64,000 nt of DNA, from positions 18,662,001 through 18,726,000 of the forward strand of contig OZ024764.1 in NCBI GenBank assembly GCA_964016885.1, written 5' to 3'. Made by a program: the position numbers and the translations under genes. The notes beneath the pieces are model-generated. The model was not told the origin of the DNA. It ran no database searches and saw only the letters and a list, made by a program, of their open reading frames with translations. Below, piece by piece: positions 12,401-27,199 of this stretch; the stretch's first letter is position 1, and each line of letters starts with the position of its first letter. This DNA is from Eledone cirrhosa. Its lineage: Eukaryota.

Positions 12401-14899
12401 AGTCCACACTGTAAAGTGGTCATGTAGGTGTCACAACAAAAAGTACCCAGTCCACACTGTAAAGTGGACATGTAGGTGTCATGACAAAAAGTACCCAGTC
12501 CACACTGTAAAGTGGTCATGTAGGTGTCACAACAAAAATACCCAGTCCACACTGTAAAGTGGTCATGTAGGTGTCACAACAAAAAGTACCCAGTCCACAC
12601 TGTAAAGTGGTCATGTAGGTGTCACAACAAAAAGTACCCAGTCCACCCTGTAAAGTGGTCATATAGGTGTCACAACAAAAATACCAGTCCACCCTGTAAA
12701 GTGGTCATGTATGTGTCACAACAAAAAGTACCCAGTCCACACTGTAAAGTGGTCATGTATGTGTCACAACAAAAAGTACCCAGTCCACACTTTAAAGTGG
12801 TCATGTAGGTGTCACAACAAAAAGTACCCAGTCCACACTGTAATGTGGTCATGCAGGTTTCACACCAAAAAGTACCCAGTCCACACTGTAATGTGGTCAT
12901 ATAGGTGTCACAACAAAAAGTACCCAGTCCACACTGTAAAGTGGTCATGTAGGTGTCACAACAAAAAGTACCCAGTCCACACTGTAAAGTGGTCATGTAG
13001 GTGTCACAACAAAATATACCCAGTCCACACTGTAAAGTGGTCATGTAGGTGTCACAACAAAAAGTACCCAGTCCACACTGTAAAGTGGTCATGTAGGTGT
13101 CACAACAAAAAGTACTCAGTCCATACTGTAAAGTGGTCACGTAGGTGTCACAACAAAAAGTACCCAGTCCACACTGTAAAGTGGTCATGTAGGTGTCATA
13201 ACAAAAAGTACCCAGTTCACACTGTAAAGTGGACATGTAGGTGTCATGACAAAAAGTACCCAGTCCACACTGTAAAGTCGTCATGTAGGTGTCACAACAA
13301 AAAGTACCCAGTCCACACTGTAAAGTGGTCATGTAGGTGTCACAACAAAAAGTACCCAGTCCACACTGTCAAGTGGTCATGTAGGTGTCACAACAAAAAG
13401 TACCTAGTCCACACTGTAAAGTGGTCATGTAGCTGTAACAACAAAAAGTACCCAGTCCACACTGTAATGTGGTCATGCAGGTTTCACAACAAAAAGTACC
13501 CAGTCCACACTGTAATGTGGTCATAAAGGTGTCACAACAAAAAGTACCCAGTCCACACTGTAAAGTGGTCATGTAGGTGTCACAACAAAAAGTACCCAGT
13601 CCACCCTGTAAAGTGGTCATATAGGTGTCACAACAAAAATACCCAGTCCACCCTGTAAAGTGGTCATGTATGTGTCACAACAAAAAGTACCCAGTCCACA
13701 CTGTAAAGTGGTCATGTATGTGTCACAACAAAAAGTACCCAGTCCACACTTTAAAGTGGTCATGTAGGTGTCACAACAAAAAGTACCCAGTCCACACTGT
13801 AATGTGGTCATGCAGGTTTCACACCAAAAAGTACCCAGTCCACACTGTAATGTGGTCATATAGGTGTCACAATAAAAAGTACCCAGTCCACACTGTAAAG
13901 TGGTCATGTAGGTGTCACAACAAAAAGTACCCAGTCCACACTGTAAAGTGGTCATGTAGGTGTCACAACAAAATATACCCAGTCCACACTGTAAAGTGGT
14001 CATGTAGGTGTCACAACAAAAAGTACCCAGTCCACACTGTAAAGTGGTCATGTAGGTGTCACAACAAAAAGTACCCAGTCCTCACTGTAAAGTGTTCATG
14101 TAGGTGTCATAACAAAAAGTACCCAGTCCACACTGTAAAGTGGACATGTAGGTGTCATGACAAAAAGTACCCAGTCCACACTGTAAAGTGGTCATGTAGG
14201 TGTCACAACAAAAAGTACCCAGTCCACACTGTAAAGTGGTCATGTAGGTGTCACAACAAAAAGTACCCAGTCCACACTGTCAAGTGGTCATGTAGGTGTC
14301 ACAACAAAAAGTACCTAGTCCACACTGTAAAGTGGTCATGTAGCTGTCACAACAAAAAGTACCCAGTCCACACTGTAATGTGGTCATGCAGGTTTCACAA
14401 CAAAAAGTACCCAGTCCACACTGTAATGTGGTCATATAGGTGTCACAACAAAAAGTACCCAGTCCACACTGTAAAGTGGTCATGTAGGTGTCACAACAAA
14501 AAGTACCTAGTCCACACTGTAAAGTGGTCATGTAGCTGTCACAACAAAAAGTACCCAGTCCACACTGTAATGTGGTCATGCAGGTTTCACAACAAAAATT
14601 ACACAGTCCACACTGTAATGTGGTCACATAGGTGTCACAACAAAAAGTACCCAGTCCACACTGTAAAGTGGTCATGTAGGTGTCACAACAAAAAGTACCC
14701 AGTCCACACTGTAAAGTGGACATGTAGGTGTCATGACAAAAAGTACCCAGTCCACACTGTAAAGTGGTCATGTAGGTGTCACAACAAAAAGTACCCAGTC
14801 CACACTGTAAAGTGGTCATGTAGGTGTCACAACAAAAAGTACCCAGTCCACACTGTAAAGTGGTCATGTAGGTGTCACAACAAAATATACCCAGTCCAC

Positions 14900-17800
14900 A
14901 CTGTAAAGTGGTCATGTAGGTGTCACAACAAAAAGTACCCAGTCCACACTGTAAAGTGGTCATGTAGGTGTCACAACAAAAAGTACCCAGTCCACACTGT
15001 AAAGTGGTCACGTAGGTGTCACAACAAAAAGTACCCAGTCCACACTGTAAAGTGGTCATGTAGGTGTCATAACAAAAAGTACCCAGTCCACACTGTAAAG
15101 TGGTCATGTAGGTGTCACAACAAAAAGTAACCAGTCCACACTGTAAAGTGGTCATGTAGGTGTCACAACAAAAAGTACCCAGTCCACACTGTAAAGTGGT
15201 CATGTAGGTGTCACAACAAAAAGTACCCAGTCCACACTGTAAAGTGGTCATGTAGGTGTCACAACAAAATATACCCAGTCCACACTGTAAAGTGGTCATG
15301 TAGGTGTCACAACAAAGAGTACCCAGTCCACACTGTAAAGTGGTCATGTAGGTGTCACAACAAAAAATACCCAGTCCACACTGTAAAGTGGTCATGTAGG
15401 TGTCACAACAAAAAGTACCCAGTCCACCCTGTAAAGTGGTCATATATGTGTCACAACAAAAAGTACCCAGTCCACCCTGTAAAGTGGTCATGTATGTGTC
15501 ACAACAAAAAGTACCCAGTCCACACTGTAAAGTGGTCATGTAGGTGTCACAAGAAAAAGTACCCAGTCCACACTGTAAAGTGGTCAAGTAGGTGTCACAA
15601 CAAAAAGTACCCAGTCCACACTGTAAAGTGGACATGTAGGTGTCATGACAAAAAGTACCCAGTCCACACTGTAAAGTGGTCATGTAGGTGTCACAACAAA
15701 AATACCCAGTACACACTGTAAAGTGGTCATGTAGGTGTCACAACAAAAAGTACCCAGTCCACACTGTAAAGTGGTCATGTAGGTGTCACAACAAAAAGTA
15801 CCCAGTCCACCATGTAAAGTGGTCATATAGGTGTCACAACAAAAAGTACCCAGTCCACCCTGTAAAGTGGTCATGTATGTGTCACAACAAAAAATACCCA
15901 GTCCACACTGTAAAGTGGTCATGTATGTGTCACAACAAAAAGTACCCAGTCCACACTTTAAAGTGGTCATGAAGGTGTCACAACAAAAAGTCCCCAGTCC
16001 ACACTGTAATGTGGTTATGCAGGTTTCACACCAAAAAGTACCCAGTCCACACTGTAATGTGGTCATATAGGTGTCACAACAAAAAGTACCCAGTCCACAC
16101 TGTAAAGTGGTCATGTAGGTGTCAACAAAAAGTACCCAGTCCACACTGTCAAGTGGTCATGTAGGTGTCACAACAAAAAGTATCCAGTCCACACTGTAAA
16201 GTGGACATGTAGGTGTCATGACAAAAAGTACCCAGTCCACACTGTAAAGTGGTCATGTAGGTGTCACAACAAAAAGTACCCAGTCCACACTGTAAAGTGG
16301 TCATGTAGGTGTCACAACAAAAAGTACCCAGTCCACACTGTAAAGTGGTCATGTAGGTGTCACAACAAAAAGTACCCAGTCCACACTGTAAAGTGGTCAT
16401 GTAGCTGTCACAACAAAAAGTACCCAGTCCACACTGTAATGTGGTCATCAGGTTTCACAAAAAAAAGTACCCAGTCCACACTGTAATGTGGTCATATAGG
16501 TGTCACAACAAAAAGTACCCAGTCCACACTGTAAAGTGGTCATGTAGGTGTCACAACAAAAAGTACCTAGTCCACACTGTAAAGTGGTCATGTAGCTGTC
16601 ACAACAAAAAGTACCCAGTCCACACTGTAATGTGGTCATGCAGGTTTCACAACAAAAATTACCCAGTCCACACTGTAATGTGGTCATATAGGTGTCACAA
16701 CAAAAAGTACCCAGTCCACACTGTAAAGTGGTCATGTAGGTGTCACAACAAAAAGTACCCAGTCCACACTGTAAAGTGGACATGTAGGTGTCATGACAAA
16801 AAGTACCCAGTCCACACTGTAAAGTGGTCATGTAGGTGTCACAACAAAAAGTACCCAGTCCACACTGTAAAGTGGTCATGTAGGTGTCACAACAAAAAGT
16901 ACCCAGTCCACACTGTAAAGTGGTCATGTAGGTGTCACAACAAAAAGTACCCAGTCCACACTGTAAAGTGGTCATGTAGGTGTCACAACAAAAAGTACCC
17001 AGTCCACACTGTAAAGTGGACATGTAGGTGTCATGACAAAAAGTACCCAGTCCACACTGTAAAGTGGTCATATAGGTGTCACAACAAAAATACCCAGTCC
17101 ACACTGTAAAGTGGTCATGTAGGTGTCACAACAAAAAGTACCCAGTCCACACTGTAAAGTGGTCATGTAGGTGTCACAACAAAAAGTACACAGTCCACCC
17201 TGTAAAGTGGTCATATAGGTGTCACAACAAAAATACCCAGTCCACCCTGTAAAGTGGTCATGTATGTGTCACAACAAAAAGTACCCAGTCCACACTGTAA
17301 AGTGGTCATGTATGTGTCACAACAAAAAGTACCCAGTCCACACTTTAAAGTGGTCATGTAGGTGTCACAACAAAAAGTACCCAGTCCACACTGTAATGTG
17401 GTCATGCAGGTTTCACACCAAAAAGTACCCAGTCCACACTGTAATGTGGTCATATAGGTGTCACAACAAAAAGTACCCAGTCCACACTGTAAAGTGGTCA
17501 TGTAGGTGTCACAACAAAAAGTACCCAGTCCACACTGTAAAGTGGTCATATAGGTGTCACAACAGAATATACCCAGTCCACACTGTAAAGTGGTCATGTA
17601 GGTGTCACAACAAAAAGTACCCAGTCCACACTGTAAAGTGGTCATGTAGGTGTCACAACAAAAAGTACCCAGTCCACACTGTAAAGTGGTCACGTAGGTG
17701 TCACAACAAAAAGTACCCAGTCCACACTGTAAAGTGGTCATGTAGATGTCATAACAAAAAGTACCCAGTCCACACTGTAAAGTGGTCATGTAGGTGTCAC

Positions 17801-20800
17801 AACAAAAAGTACCCAGTCCACACTGTAAAGTGGTCATGTAGGTGTCACAACAAAAAGTACCCAGTCCACACTGTCAAGTGGTCATGTAGGTGTCACAACA
17901 AAAAGTACCTAGTCTACACTGTAAAGTGGTCATGTAGCTGTCACAACAAAAAGTACCCAGTCCACACTGTAATGTGGTCATGCAGGTTTCACAACAAAAA
18001 GTACCCAGTCCACACTGTAATGTGGTCATATAGGTGTCACAACAAAAAGTACCCAGTCCACACTGTAAAGTGGTCATGTAGGTGTCACAACAAAAAGTAC
18101 CTAGTCCACACTGTAAAGTGGTCATGTAGCTGTCACAACAAAAAGGACCCAGTCCACACTGTAATGTGGTCATGCAGGTTTCACAACAAAAATTACCCAG
18201 TCCACACTGTAATGTGGTCATATAGGTGTCACAACAAAAAGTACCCAGTCCACACTGTAAAGTGGTCATGTAGGTGTCACAACAAAAAGTACCCAGTCCA
18301 CACTGTAAAGTGGACATGTAGGTGTCATGACAAAAAGTACCCAGTCCACACTGTAAAGTGGTCATGTAGGTGTCACAAAAAAAAGTACCCAGTCCACACT
18401 GTAAAGTGGTCATGTAGGTGTCACAACAAAAAGTACCCAGTCCACACTGTAAAGTGGTCATGTAGGTGTCACAACAAAAAGTACCCAGTCCACACTGTAA
18501 AGTGGTCATGTAGGTGTCACAACAAAATATACCCAGTCCACACTGTAAAGTGGTCATGTAGGTGTCACAACAAAAAGTACCCAGTCCACACTGTAAAGTG
18601 GTCATGTAGGTGTCACAACAAAAAGTACCCAGTCCACACTGTAAAGTGGTCACGTAGGTGTCACAACAAAAAGTACCCAGTCCACACTGTAAAGTGGTCA
18701 TGTAGGTGTCATAACAAAATGTACCCAGTCCACACTGTAAAGTGGTCATGTAGGTGTCAAAACAAAAAGTAACCAGTCCACACTGTAAAGTGGTCATGTA
18801 GGTGTCACAACAAAAAGTACCCAGTCCACACTGTAAAGTGGTCATGTAGGTGTCACAACAAAAAGTACCCAGTCCACACTGTAAAGTGGTCATGTAGGTG
18901 TCACAACAAAATATACCCAGTCCACACTGTAAAGTGGTCATGTAGGTGTCACAACAAAAAGTACCCAGTCCACACTGTAAAGTGGTCATGTAGGTGTCAC
19001 AACAAAAAATACCCAGTCCACACTGTAAAGTGGTCATGTAGGTGTCACAACAAAAAGTACCCAGTCCACCCTGTAAAGTGGTCATATATGTGTCACAACA
19101 AAAAGTACCCAGTCCACTCTGTAAAGTGGTCATGTATGTGTCACAACAAAAAGTACCCAGTCCACACTGTAAAGTGGTCATGTAGGTGTCACAAGAAAAA
19201 GTACCCAGTCCACACTGTAAAGTGGTCAAGTAGGTGTCACAACAAAAAGTACCCAGTCCACACTGTAAAGTGGACATGTAGGTGTCATGACAAAAAGTAC
19301 CCAGTCCACACTGTAAAGTGGTCATGTAGGTGTCACAACAAAAATACCCAGTCCACACTGTAAAGTGGTCATGTAGGTGTCACAACAAAAAGTACCCAGT
19401 CCACACTGTAAAGTGGTCATGTAGGTGTCACAACAAAAAGTACCCAGTCCACCCTGTAAAGTGGTCATATAGGTGTCACAACAAAAAGTACCCAGTCCAC
19501 CCTGTAAAGTGGTCATGTATGTGTCACAACAAAAAATACCCAGTCCACACTGTAAAGTGGTCATGTATGTGTCACAACAAAAAGTACCCAGTCCACACTT
19601 TAAAGTGGTCATGTAGGTGTCACAACAAAAAGTCCCCAGTCCACACTGTAATGTGGTTATGCAGGTTTCACACCAAAAAGTACCCAGTCCACACTGTAAT
19701 GTGGTCATATAGGTGTCACAACAAAAAGTACCCAGTCCACACTGTAAAGTGGTCATGTAGGTGTCAACAAAAAGTACCCAGTCCACACTGTCAAGTGGTC
19801 ATGTAGGTGTCACAACAAAAAGTATCCAGTCCACACTGTAAAGTGGACATGTAGGTGTCATGACAAAAAGTACCCAGTCCACACTGTAAAGTGGTCATGT
19901 AGGTGTCACAACAAAAAGTACCCAGTCCACACTGTAAAGTGGTCATGTAGGTGTCACAACAAAAAGTACCCAGTCCACACTGTAAAGTGGTCATGTAGGT
20001 GTCACAACAAAAAGTACCCAGTCCACACTGTAAAGTGGTCATGTAGCTGTCACAACAAAAAGTACCCAGTCCACACTGTAATGTGGTCATGCAGGTTTCA
20101 CAAAAAAAAGTACCCAGTCCACACTGTAATGTGGTCATATAGGTGTCACAACAAAAAGTACCCAGTCCACACTGTAAAGTGGTCATGTAGGTGTCACAAC
20201 AAAAAGTACCTAGTCCACACTGTAAAGTGGTCATGTAGCTGTCACAACAAAAAGTACCCAGTCCACACTGTAATGTGGTCATGCAGGTTTCACAACAAAA
20301 ATTACCCAGTCCACACTGTAATGTGGTCATATAGGTGTCACAACAAAAAGTACCCAGTCCACACTGTAAAGTGGTCATGTAGGTGTCACAACAAAAAGTA
20401 CCCAGTCCACACTGTAAAGTGGACATGTAGGTGTCATGACAAAAAGTACCCAGTCCACACTGTAAAGTGGTCATGTAGGTGTCACAACAAAAAGTACCCA
20501 GTCCACACTGTAAAGTGGTCATGTAGGTGTCACAACAAAAAGTACCCAGTCCACACTGTAAAGTGGTCATGTAGGTGTCACAACAAAAAGTACCCAGTCC
20601 ACACTGTAAAGTGGTCATGTAGGTGTCACAACAAAAAGTACCCAGTCCACACTGTAAAGTGGACATGTAGGTGTCATGACAAAAAGTACCCAGTCCACAC
20701 TGTAAAGTGGTCATATAGGTGTCACAACAAAAATACCCAGTCCACACTGTAAAGTGGTCATGTAGGTGTCACAACAAAAAGTACCCAGTCCACACTGTAA

Positions 20801-23800
20801 AGTGGTCATGTAGGTGTCACAACAAAAAGTACACAGTCCACCCTGTAAAGTGGTCATATAGGTGTCACAACAAAAATACCCAGTCCACCCTGTAAAGTGG
20901 TCATGTATGTGTCACAACAAAAAGTACACAGTCCACACTGTAAAGTGGTCATGTATGTGTCACAACAAAAAGTACCCAGTCCACACTTTAAAGTGGTCAT
21001 GTAGGTGTCACAACAAAAAGTACCCAGTCCACACTGTAATGTGGTCATGCAGGTTTCACACCAAAAAGTACCCAGTCCACACTGTAATGTGGTCATATAG
21101 GTGTCACAACAAAAAGTACCCAGTCCACACTGTAAAGTGGTCATGTAGGTGTCACAACAAAAAGTACCCAGTCCACACTGTAAAGTGGTCATATAGGTGT
21201 CACAACAGAATATACCCAGTCCACACTGTAAAGTGGTCATGTAGGTGTCACAACAAAAAGTACCCAGTCCACACTGTAAAGTGGTCATGTAGGTGTCACA
21301 ACAAAAAGTACCCAGTCCACACTGTAAAGTGGTCACGTAGGTGTCACAACAAAAAGTACCCAGTCCACACTGTAAAGTGGTCATGTAGATGTCATAACAA
21401 AAAGTACCCAGTCCACACTGTAAAGTGGTCATGTAGGTGTCACAACAAAAAGTACCCAGTCCACACTGTAAAGTGGTCATGTAGGTGTCACAACAAAAAG
21501 TACCCAGTCCACACTGTCAAGTGGTCATGTAGGTGTCACAACAAAAAGTACCTAGTCTACACTGTAAAGTGGTCATGTAGCTGTCACAACAAAAAGTACC
21601 CAGTCCACACTGTAATGTGGTCATGCAGGTTTCACAACAAAAAGTACCCAGTCCACACTGTAATGTGGTCATATAGGTGTCACAACAAAAAGTACCCAGT
21701 CCACACTGTAAAGTGGTCATGTAGGTGTCACAACAAAAAGTACCTAGTCCACACTGTAAAGTGGTCATGTAGCTGTCACAACAAAAAGGACCCAGTCCAC
21801 ACTGTAATGTGGTCATGCAGGTTTCACAACAAAAATTACCCAGTCCACACTGTAATGTGGTCATATAGGTGTCACAACAAAAAGTACCCAGTCCACACTG
21901 TAAAGTGGTCATGTAGGTGTCACAACAAAAAGTACCCAGTCCACACTGTAAAGTGGACATGTAGGTGTCATGACAAAAAGTACCCAGTCCACACTGTAAA
22001 GTGGTCATGTAGGTGTCACAAAAAAAAGTACCCAGTCCACACTGTAAAGTGGTCATGTAGGTGTCACAACAAAAAGTACCCAGTCCACACTGTAAAGTGG
22101 TCATGTAGGTGTCACAACAAAAAGTACCCAGTCCACACTGTAAAGTGGTCATGTAGGTGTCACAACAAAATATACCCAGTCCACACTGTAAAGTGGTCAT
22201 GTAGGTGTCACAACAAAAAGTACCCAGTCCACACTGTAAAGTGGTCATGTAGGTGTCACAACAAAAAGTACCCAGTCCACACTGTAAAGTGGTCATGTAG
22301 GTGTCATAACAAAAGGTACCCAGTCCACACTGTAAAGTGGTCATGTAGGTGTCACAACAAAAAGTAACCAGTCCACACTGTAAAGTGGTCATGTAGGTGT
22401 CACAACAAAAAGTACCCAGTCCACACTGTAAAGTGGTCATGTAGGTGTCACAACAAAAAGTACCCAGTCCACACTGTAAAGTGGTCATGTAGGTGTCACA
22501 ACAAAAAGTACCCAGTCCACACTGTAAAGTGGTCATGTAGGTGTCACAACAAAATATACCCAGTCCACACTGTAAAGTGGTCATGTAGGTGTCACAACAA
22601 AAAGTACCCAGTCCACACTGTAAAGTGGTCATGTAGGTGTCACAACAAAAAATACCCAGTCCACACTGTAAAGTGGTGATGTAGGTGTCACAACAAAAAG
22701 TACCCAGTCCACCCTGTAAAGTGGTCATATATGTGTCACAACAAAAAGTACCCAGTCCACTCTGTAAAGTGGTCATGTATGTGTCACAACAAAAAGTACC
22801 CAGTCCACACTGTAAAGTGGTCATGTAGGTGTCACAAGAAAAAGTACCCAGTCCACACTGTAAAGTGGTCAAGTAGGTGTCACAACAAAAAGTACCCAGT
22901 CCACACTGTAAAGTGGACATGTAGGTGTCATGACAAAAAGTACCCAGTCCACACTGTAAAGTGGTCATGTAGGTGTCACAACAAAAATACCCAGTCCACA
23001 CTGTAAAGTGGTCATGTAGGTGTCACAACAAAAAGTACCCAGTCCACACTGTAAAGTGGTCATGTAGGTGTCACAACAAAAAGTACCCAGTCCACCCTGT
23101 AAAGTGGTCATATAGGTGTCACAACAAAAAGTACCCAGTCCACCCTGTAAAGTGGTCATGTATGTGTCACAACAAAAAATACCCAGTCCACACTGTAAAG
23201 TGGTCATGTATGTGTCACAACAAAAAGTACCCAGTCCACACTTTAAAGTGGTCATGTAGGTGTCACAACAAAAAGTCCCCAGTCCACACTGTAATGTGGT
23301 TATGCAGGTTTCACACCAAAAAGTACCCAGTCCACACTGTAATGTGGTCATATAGGTGTCACAACAAAAAGTACCCAGTCCACACTGTAAAGTGGTCATG
23401 TAGGTGTCAACAAAAAGTACCCAGTCCACACTGTCAAGTGGTCATGTAGGTGTCACAACAAAAAGTATCCAGTCCACACTGTAAAGTGGACATGTAGGTG
23501 TCATGACAAAAAGTACCCAGTCCACACTGTAAAGTGGTCATGTAGGTGTCACAACAAAAAGTACCCAGTCCACACTGTAAAGTGGTCATGTAGGTGTCAC
23601 AACAAAAAGTACCCAGTCCACACTGTAAAGTGGTCATGTAGGTGTCACAACAAAAAGTACCCAGTCCACACTGTAAAGTGGTCATGTAGCTGTCACAACA
23701 AAAAGTACCCAGTCCACACTGTAATGTGGTCATGCAGGTTTCACAAAAAAAAGTACCCAGTCCACACTGTAATGTGGTCATATAGGTGTCACAACAAAAA

Positions 23801-25600
23801 TACCCAGTCCACACTGTAAAGTGGTCATGTAGGTGTCACAACAAAAAGTACCTAGTCCACACTGTAAAGTGGTCATGTAGCTGTCACAACAAAAAGTACC
23901 CAGTCCACACTGTAATGTGGTCATGCAGGTTTCACAACAAAAATTACCCAGTCCACACTGTAATGTGGTCATATAGGTGTCACAACAAAAAGTACCCAGT
24001 CCACACTGTAAAGTGGTCATGTAGGTGTCACAACAAAAAGTACCCAGTCCACACTGTAAAGTGGACATGTAGGTGTCATGACAAAAAGTACCCAGTCCAC
24101 ACTGTAAAGTGGTCATGTAGGTGTCACAACAAAAAGTACCCAGTCCACACTGTAAAGTGGTCATGTAGGTGTCACAACAAAAAGTACCCAGTCCACACTG
24201 TAAAGTGGTCATGTAGGTGTCACAACAAAAAGTACCCAGTCCACACTGTAAAGTGGTCATGTAGGTGTCACAACAAAAAGTACCCAGTCCACACTGTAAA
24301 GTGGACATGTAGGTGTCATGACAAAAAGTACCCAGTCCACACTGTAAAGTGGTCATGTAGGTGTCACAACAAAAATACCCAGTCCACACTGTAAAGTGGT
24401 CATGTAGGTGTCACAACAAAAAGTACCCAGTCCACACTGTAAAGTGGTCATGTAGGTGTCACAACAAAAAGTACCCAGTCCACCCTGTAAAGTGGTCATA
24501 TAGGTGTCACAACAAAAATACCCAGTCCACCCTGTAAAGTGGTCATGTATGTGTCACAACAAAAAGTACCCAGTCCACACTGTAAAGTGGTCATGTATGT
24601 GTCACAACAAAAAGTACCCAGTCCACACTTTAAAGTGGTCATGTAGGTGTCACAACAAAAAGTACCCAGTCCACACTGTAATGTGGTCATGCAGGTTTCA
24701 CACCAAAAAGTACCCAGTCCACACTGTAATGTGGTCATATAGGTGTCACAACAAAAAGTACCCAGTCCACACTGTAAAGTGGTCATGTAGGTGTCACAAC
24801 AAAAAGTACCCAGTCCACACTGTAAAGTGGTCATATAGGTGTCACAACAGAATATACCCAGTCCACACTGTAAAGTGGTCATGTAGGTGTCACAACAAAA
24901 AGTACCCAGTCCACACTGTAAAGTGGTCATGTAGGTGTCACAACAAAAAGTACCCAGTCCACACTGTAAAGTGGTCACGTAGGTGTCACAACAAAAAGTA
25001 CCCAGTCCACACTGTAAAGTGGTCATGTAGATGTCATAACAAAAAGTACCCAGTCCACACTGTAAAGTGGACATGTAGGTGTCATGACAAAAAGTACCCA
25101 GTCCACACTGTAAAGTGGTCATGTAGGTGTCACAACAAAAAGTACCCAGTCCACACTGTAAAGTGGTCATGTAGGTGTCACAACAAAAAGTACCCAGTCC
25201 ACACTGTCAAGTGGTCATGTAGGTGTCACAACAAAAAGTACCTAGTCCACACTGTAAAGTGGTCATGTAGCTGTCACAACAAAAAGTACCCAGTCCACAC
25301 TGTAATGTGGTCATGCAGGTTTCACAACAAAAAGTACCCAGTCCACACTGTAATGTGGTCATATAGGTGTCACAACAAAAAGTACCCAGTCCACACTGTA
25401 AAGTGGTCATGTAGGTGTCACAACAAAAAGTACCTAGTCCACACTGTAAAGTGGTCATGTAGCTGTCACAACAAAAAGGACCCAGTCCACACTGTAATGT
25501 GGTCATGCAGGTTTCACAACAAAAATTACCCAGTCCACACTGTAATGTGGTCATATAGGTGTCACAACAAAAAGTACCCAGTCCACACTGTAAAGTGGTC
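14900..25600. repeat. Higher-order repeat of ~3642-3643 bp (76 monomers minus indels), about three tandem copies, with a more diverged partial copy at ~10.8-13.4 kb
   Basis: Matching ORFs at 15680/19322/22965, 15446/19088/22731 and 17219/20862/24504. The 2-bp deletion monomer gtgtcaacaaaaag lies at ~11810, 16123, 19765 and 23408. Boundaries are approximate. Confidence 0.9.
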
Positions 25601-27199
25601 ATGTAGGTGTCACAACAAAAAGTACCCAGTCCACACTGTAAAGTGGACAGGTAGGTATCATGACAAAAAGTACCCAGTCCACACTGTAAAGTGGTCATGT
25701 AGGTATCATGACAAAAGGTACCCAGTCCACACTGTAAAGTGGTCATGTAGGTGTCACAACAAACAACACCCAGTCCACACTGTAAAGTGGTCATGTAGGT
25801 GTCACGACAAAAAGTACCCAGTCCACCTCTGTAAAGTGGTCATGTAGGTTTCACAACAAAAAGTACCCAGTCCACACTGTAATGTGGTCATGTAGGTGTC
25901 ACAACAAACAGCACCCAGTCCACACTGTAAAGTGGTCATGTAGGTATCATGACAAAAAGTCCCCAGTCCACCCTGTAAAGTGGTCATGTAGGTGTCACGA
26001 CAAAAAGTACCCAGTCCACACTGTAAAGTGGTCATGTAGGTGTCACAACAAAAAGTACCCAGTCTACCATGTAAAGTGGTCATGTAGGTGTCACGACAAA
26101 AAGTACCCAGTCCACACTGTAAAGTGGTCGTGTAGGTGTCACAACAAAAAGTACCCAGTCCACACTGTAAAGTGGTCATGTAAGTGTCACAACAAAAAGT
26201 ACCCAGTCCACACTGTAAAGTGGTCATGTAGGTCTTGAAACAAAGAGAACCCAGTCCACACTGTAAAGTGGTCATGTAGGTGTCACGACAAAAAGTACCC
26301 AGTCCACACTGTAAAGTGGTCATGTAGATGTCATAACAAAAAGTACCCAGTCCACACTGTAAAGTGGACATGTAGGTGTCATGACAAAAAGTACCCAGTC
26401 CACACTGTAAAGTGGTCATGTAGGTGTCACAACAAAAAGTACCCAGTCCACACTGTAAAGTGGTCATGTAGGTGTCACAACAAAAAGTACCCAGTCCACA
26501 CTGTCAAGTGGTCATGTAGGTGTCACAACAAAAAGTACCTAGTCCACACTGTAAAGTGGTCATGTAGCTGTCACAACAAAAAGTACCCAGTCCACACTGT
26601 AATGTGGTCATGCAGGTTTCACAACAAAAAGTACCCAGTCCACACTGTAAAGTGGTCATGTAGGTGTCACAACAAAAAGTACCTAGTCCACACTGTAAAG
26701 TGGTCATGTAGCTGTCACAACAAAAAGGACCCAGTCCACACTGTAATGTGGTCATGCAGGTTTCACAACAAAAATTACCCAGTCCACACTGTAATGTGGT
26801 CATATAGGTGTCACAACAAAAAGTACCCAGTCCACACTGTAAAGTGGTCATGTAGGTGTCACAACAAAAAGTACCCAGTCCACACTGTAAAGTGGACATG
26901 TAGGTGTCATGACAAAAAGTACCCAGTCCACACTGTAAAGTGGTCATGTAGGTGTCACAAAAAAAAGTACCCAGTCCACACTGTAAAGTGGTCATGTAGG
27001 TGTCACAACAAAAAGTACCCAGTCCACACTGTAAAGTGGTCATGTAGGTGTCACAACAAAAAGTACCCAGTCCACACTGTAAAGTGGTCATGTAGGTGTC
27101 ACAACAAAATATACCCAGTCCACACTGTAAAGTGGTCATGTAGGTGTCACAACAAAAAGTACCCAGTCCACACTGTAAAGTGGTCATGTAGGTGTCACA

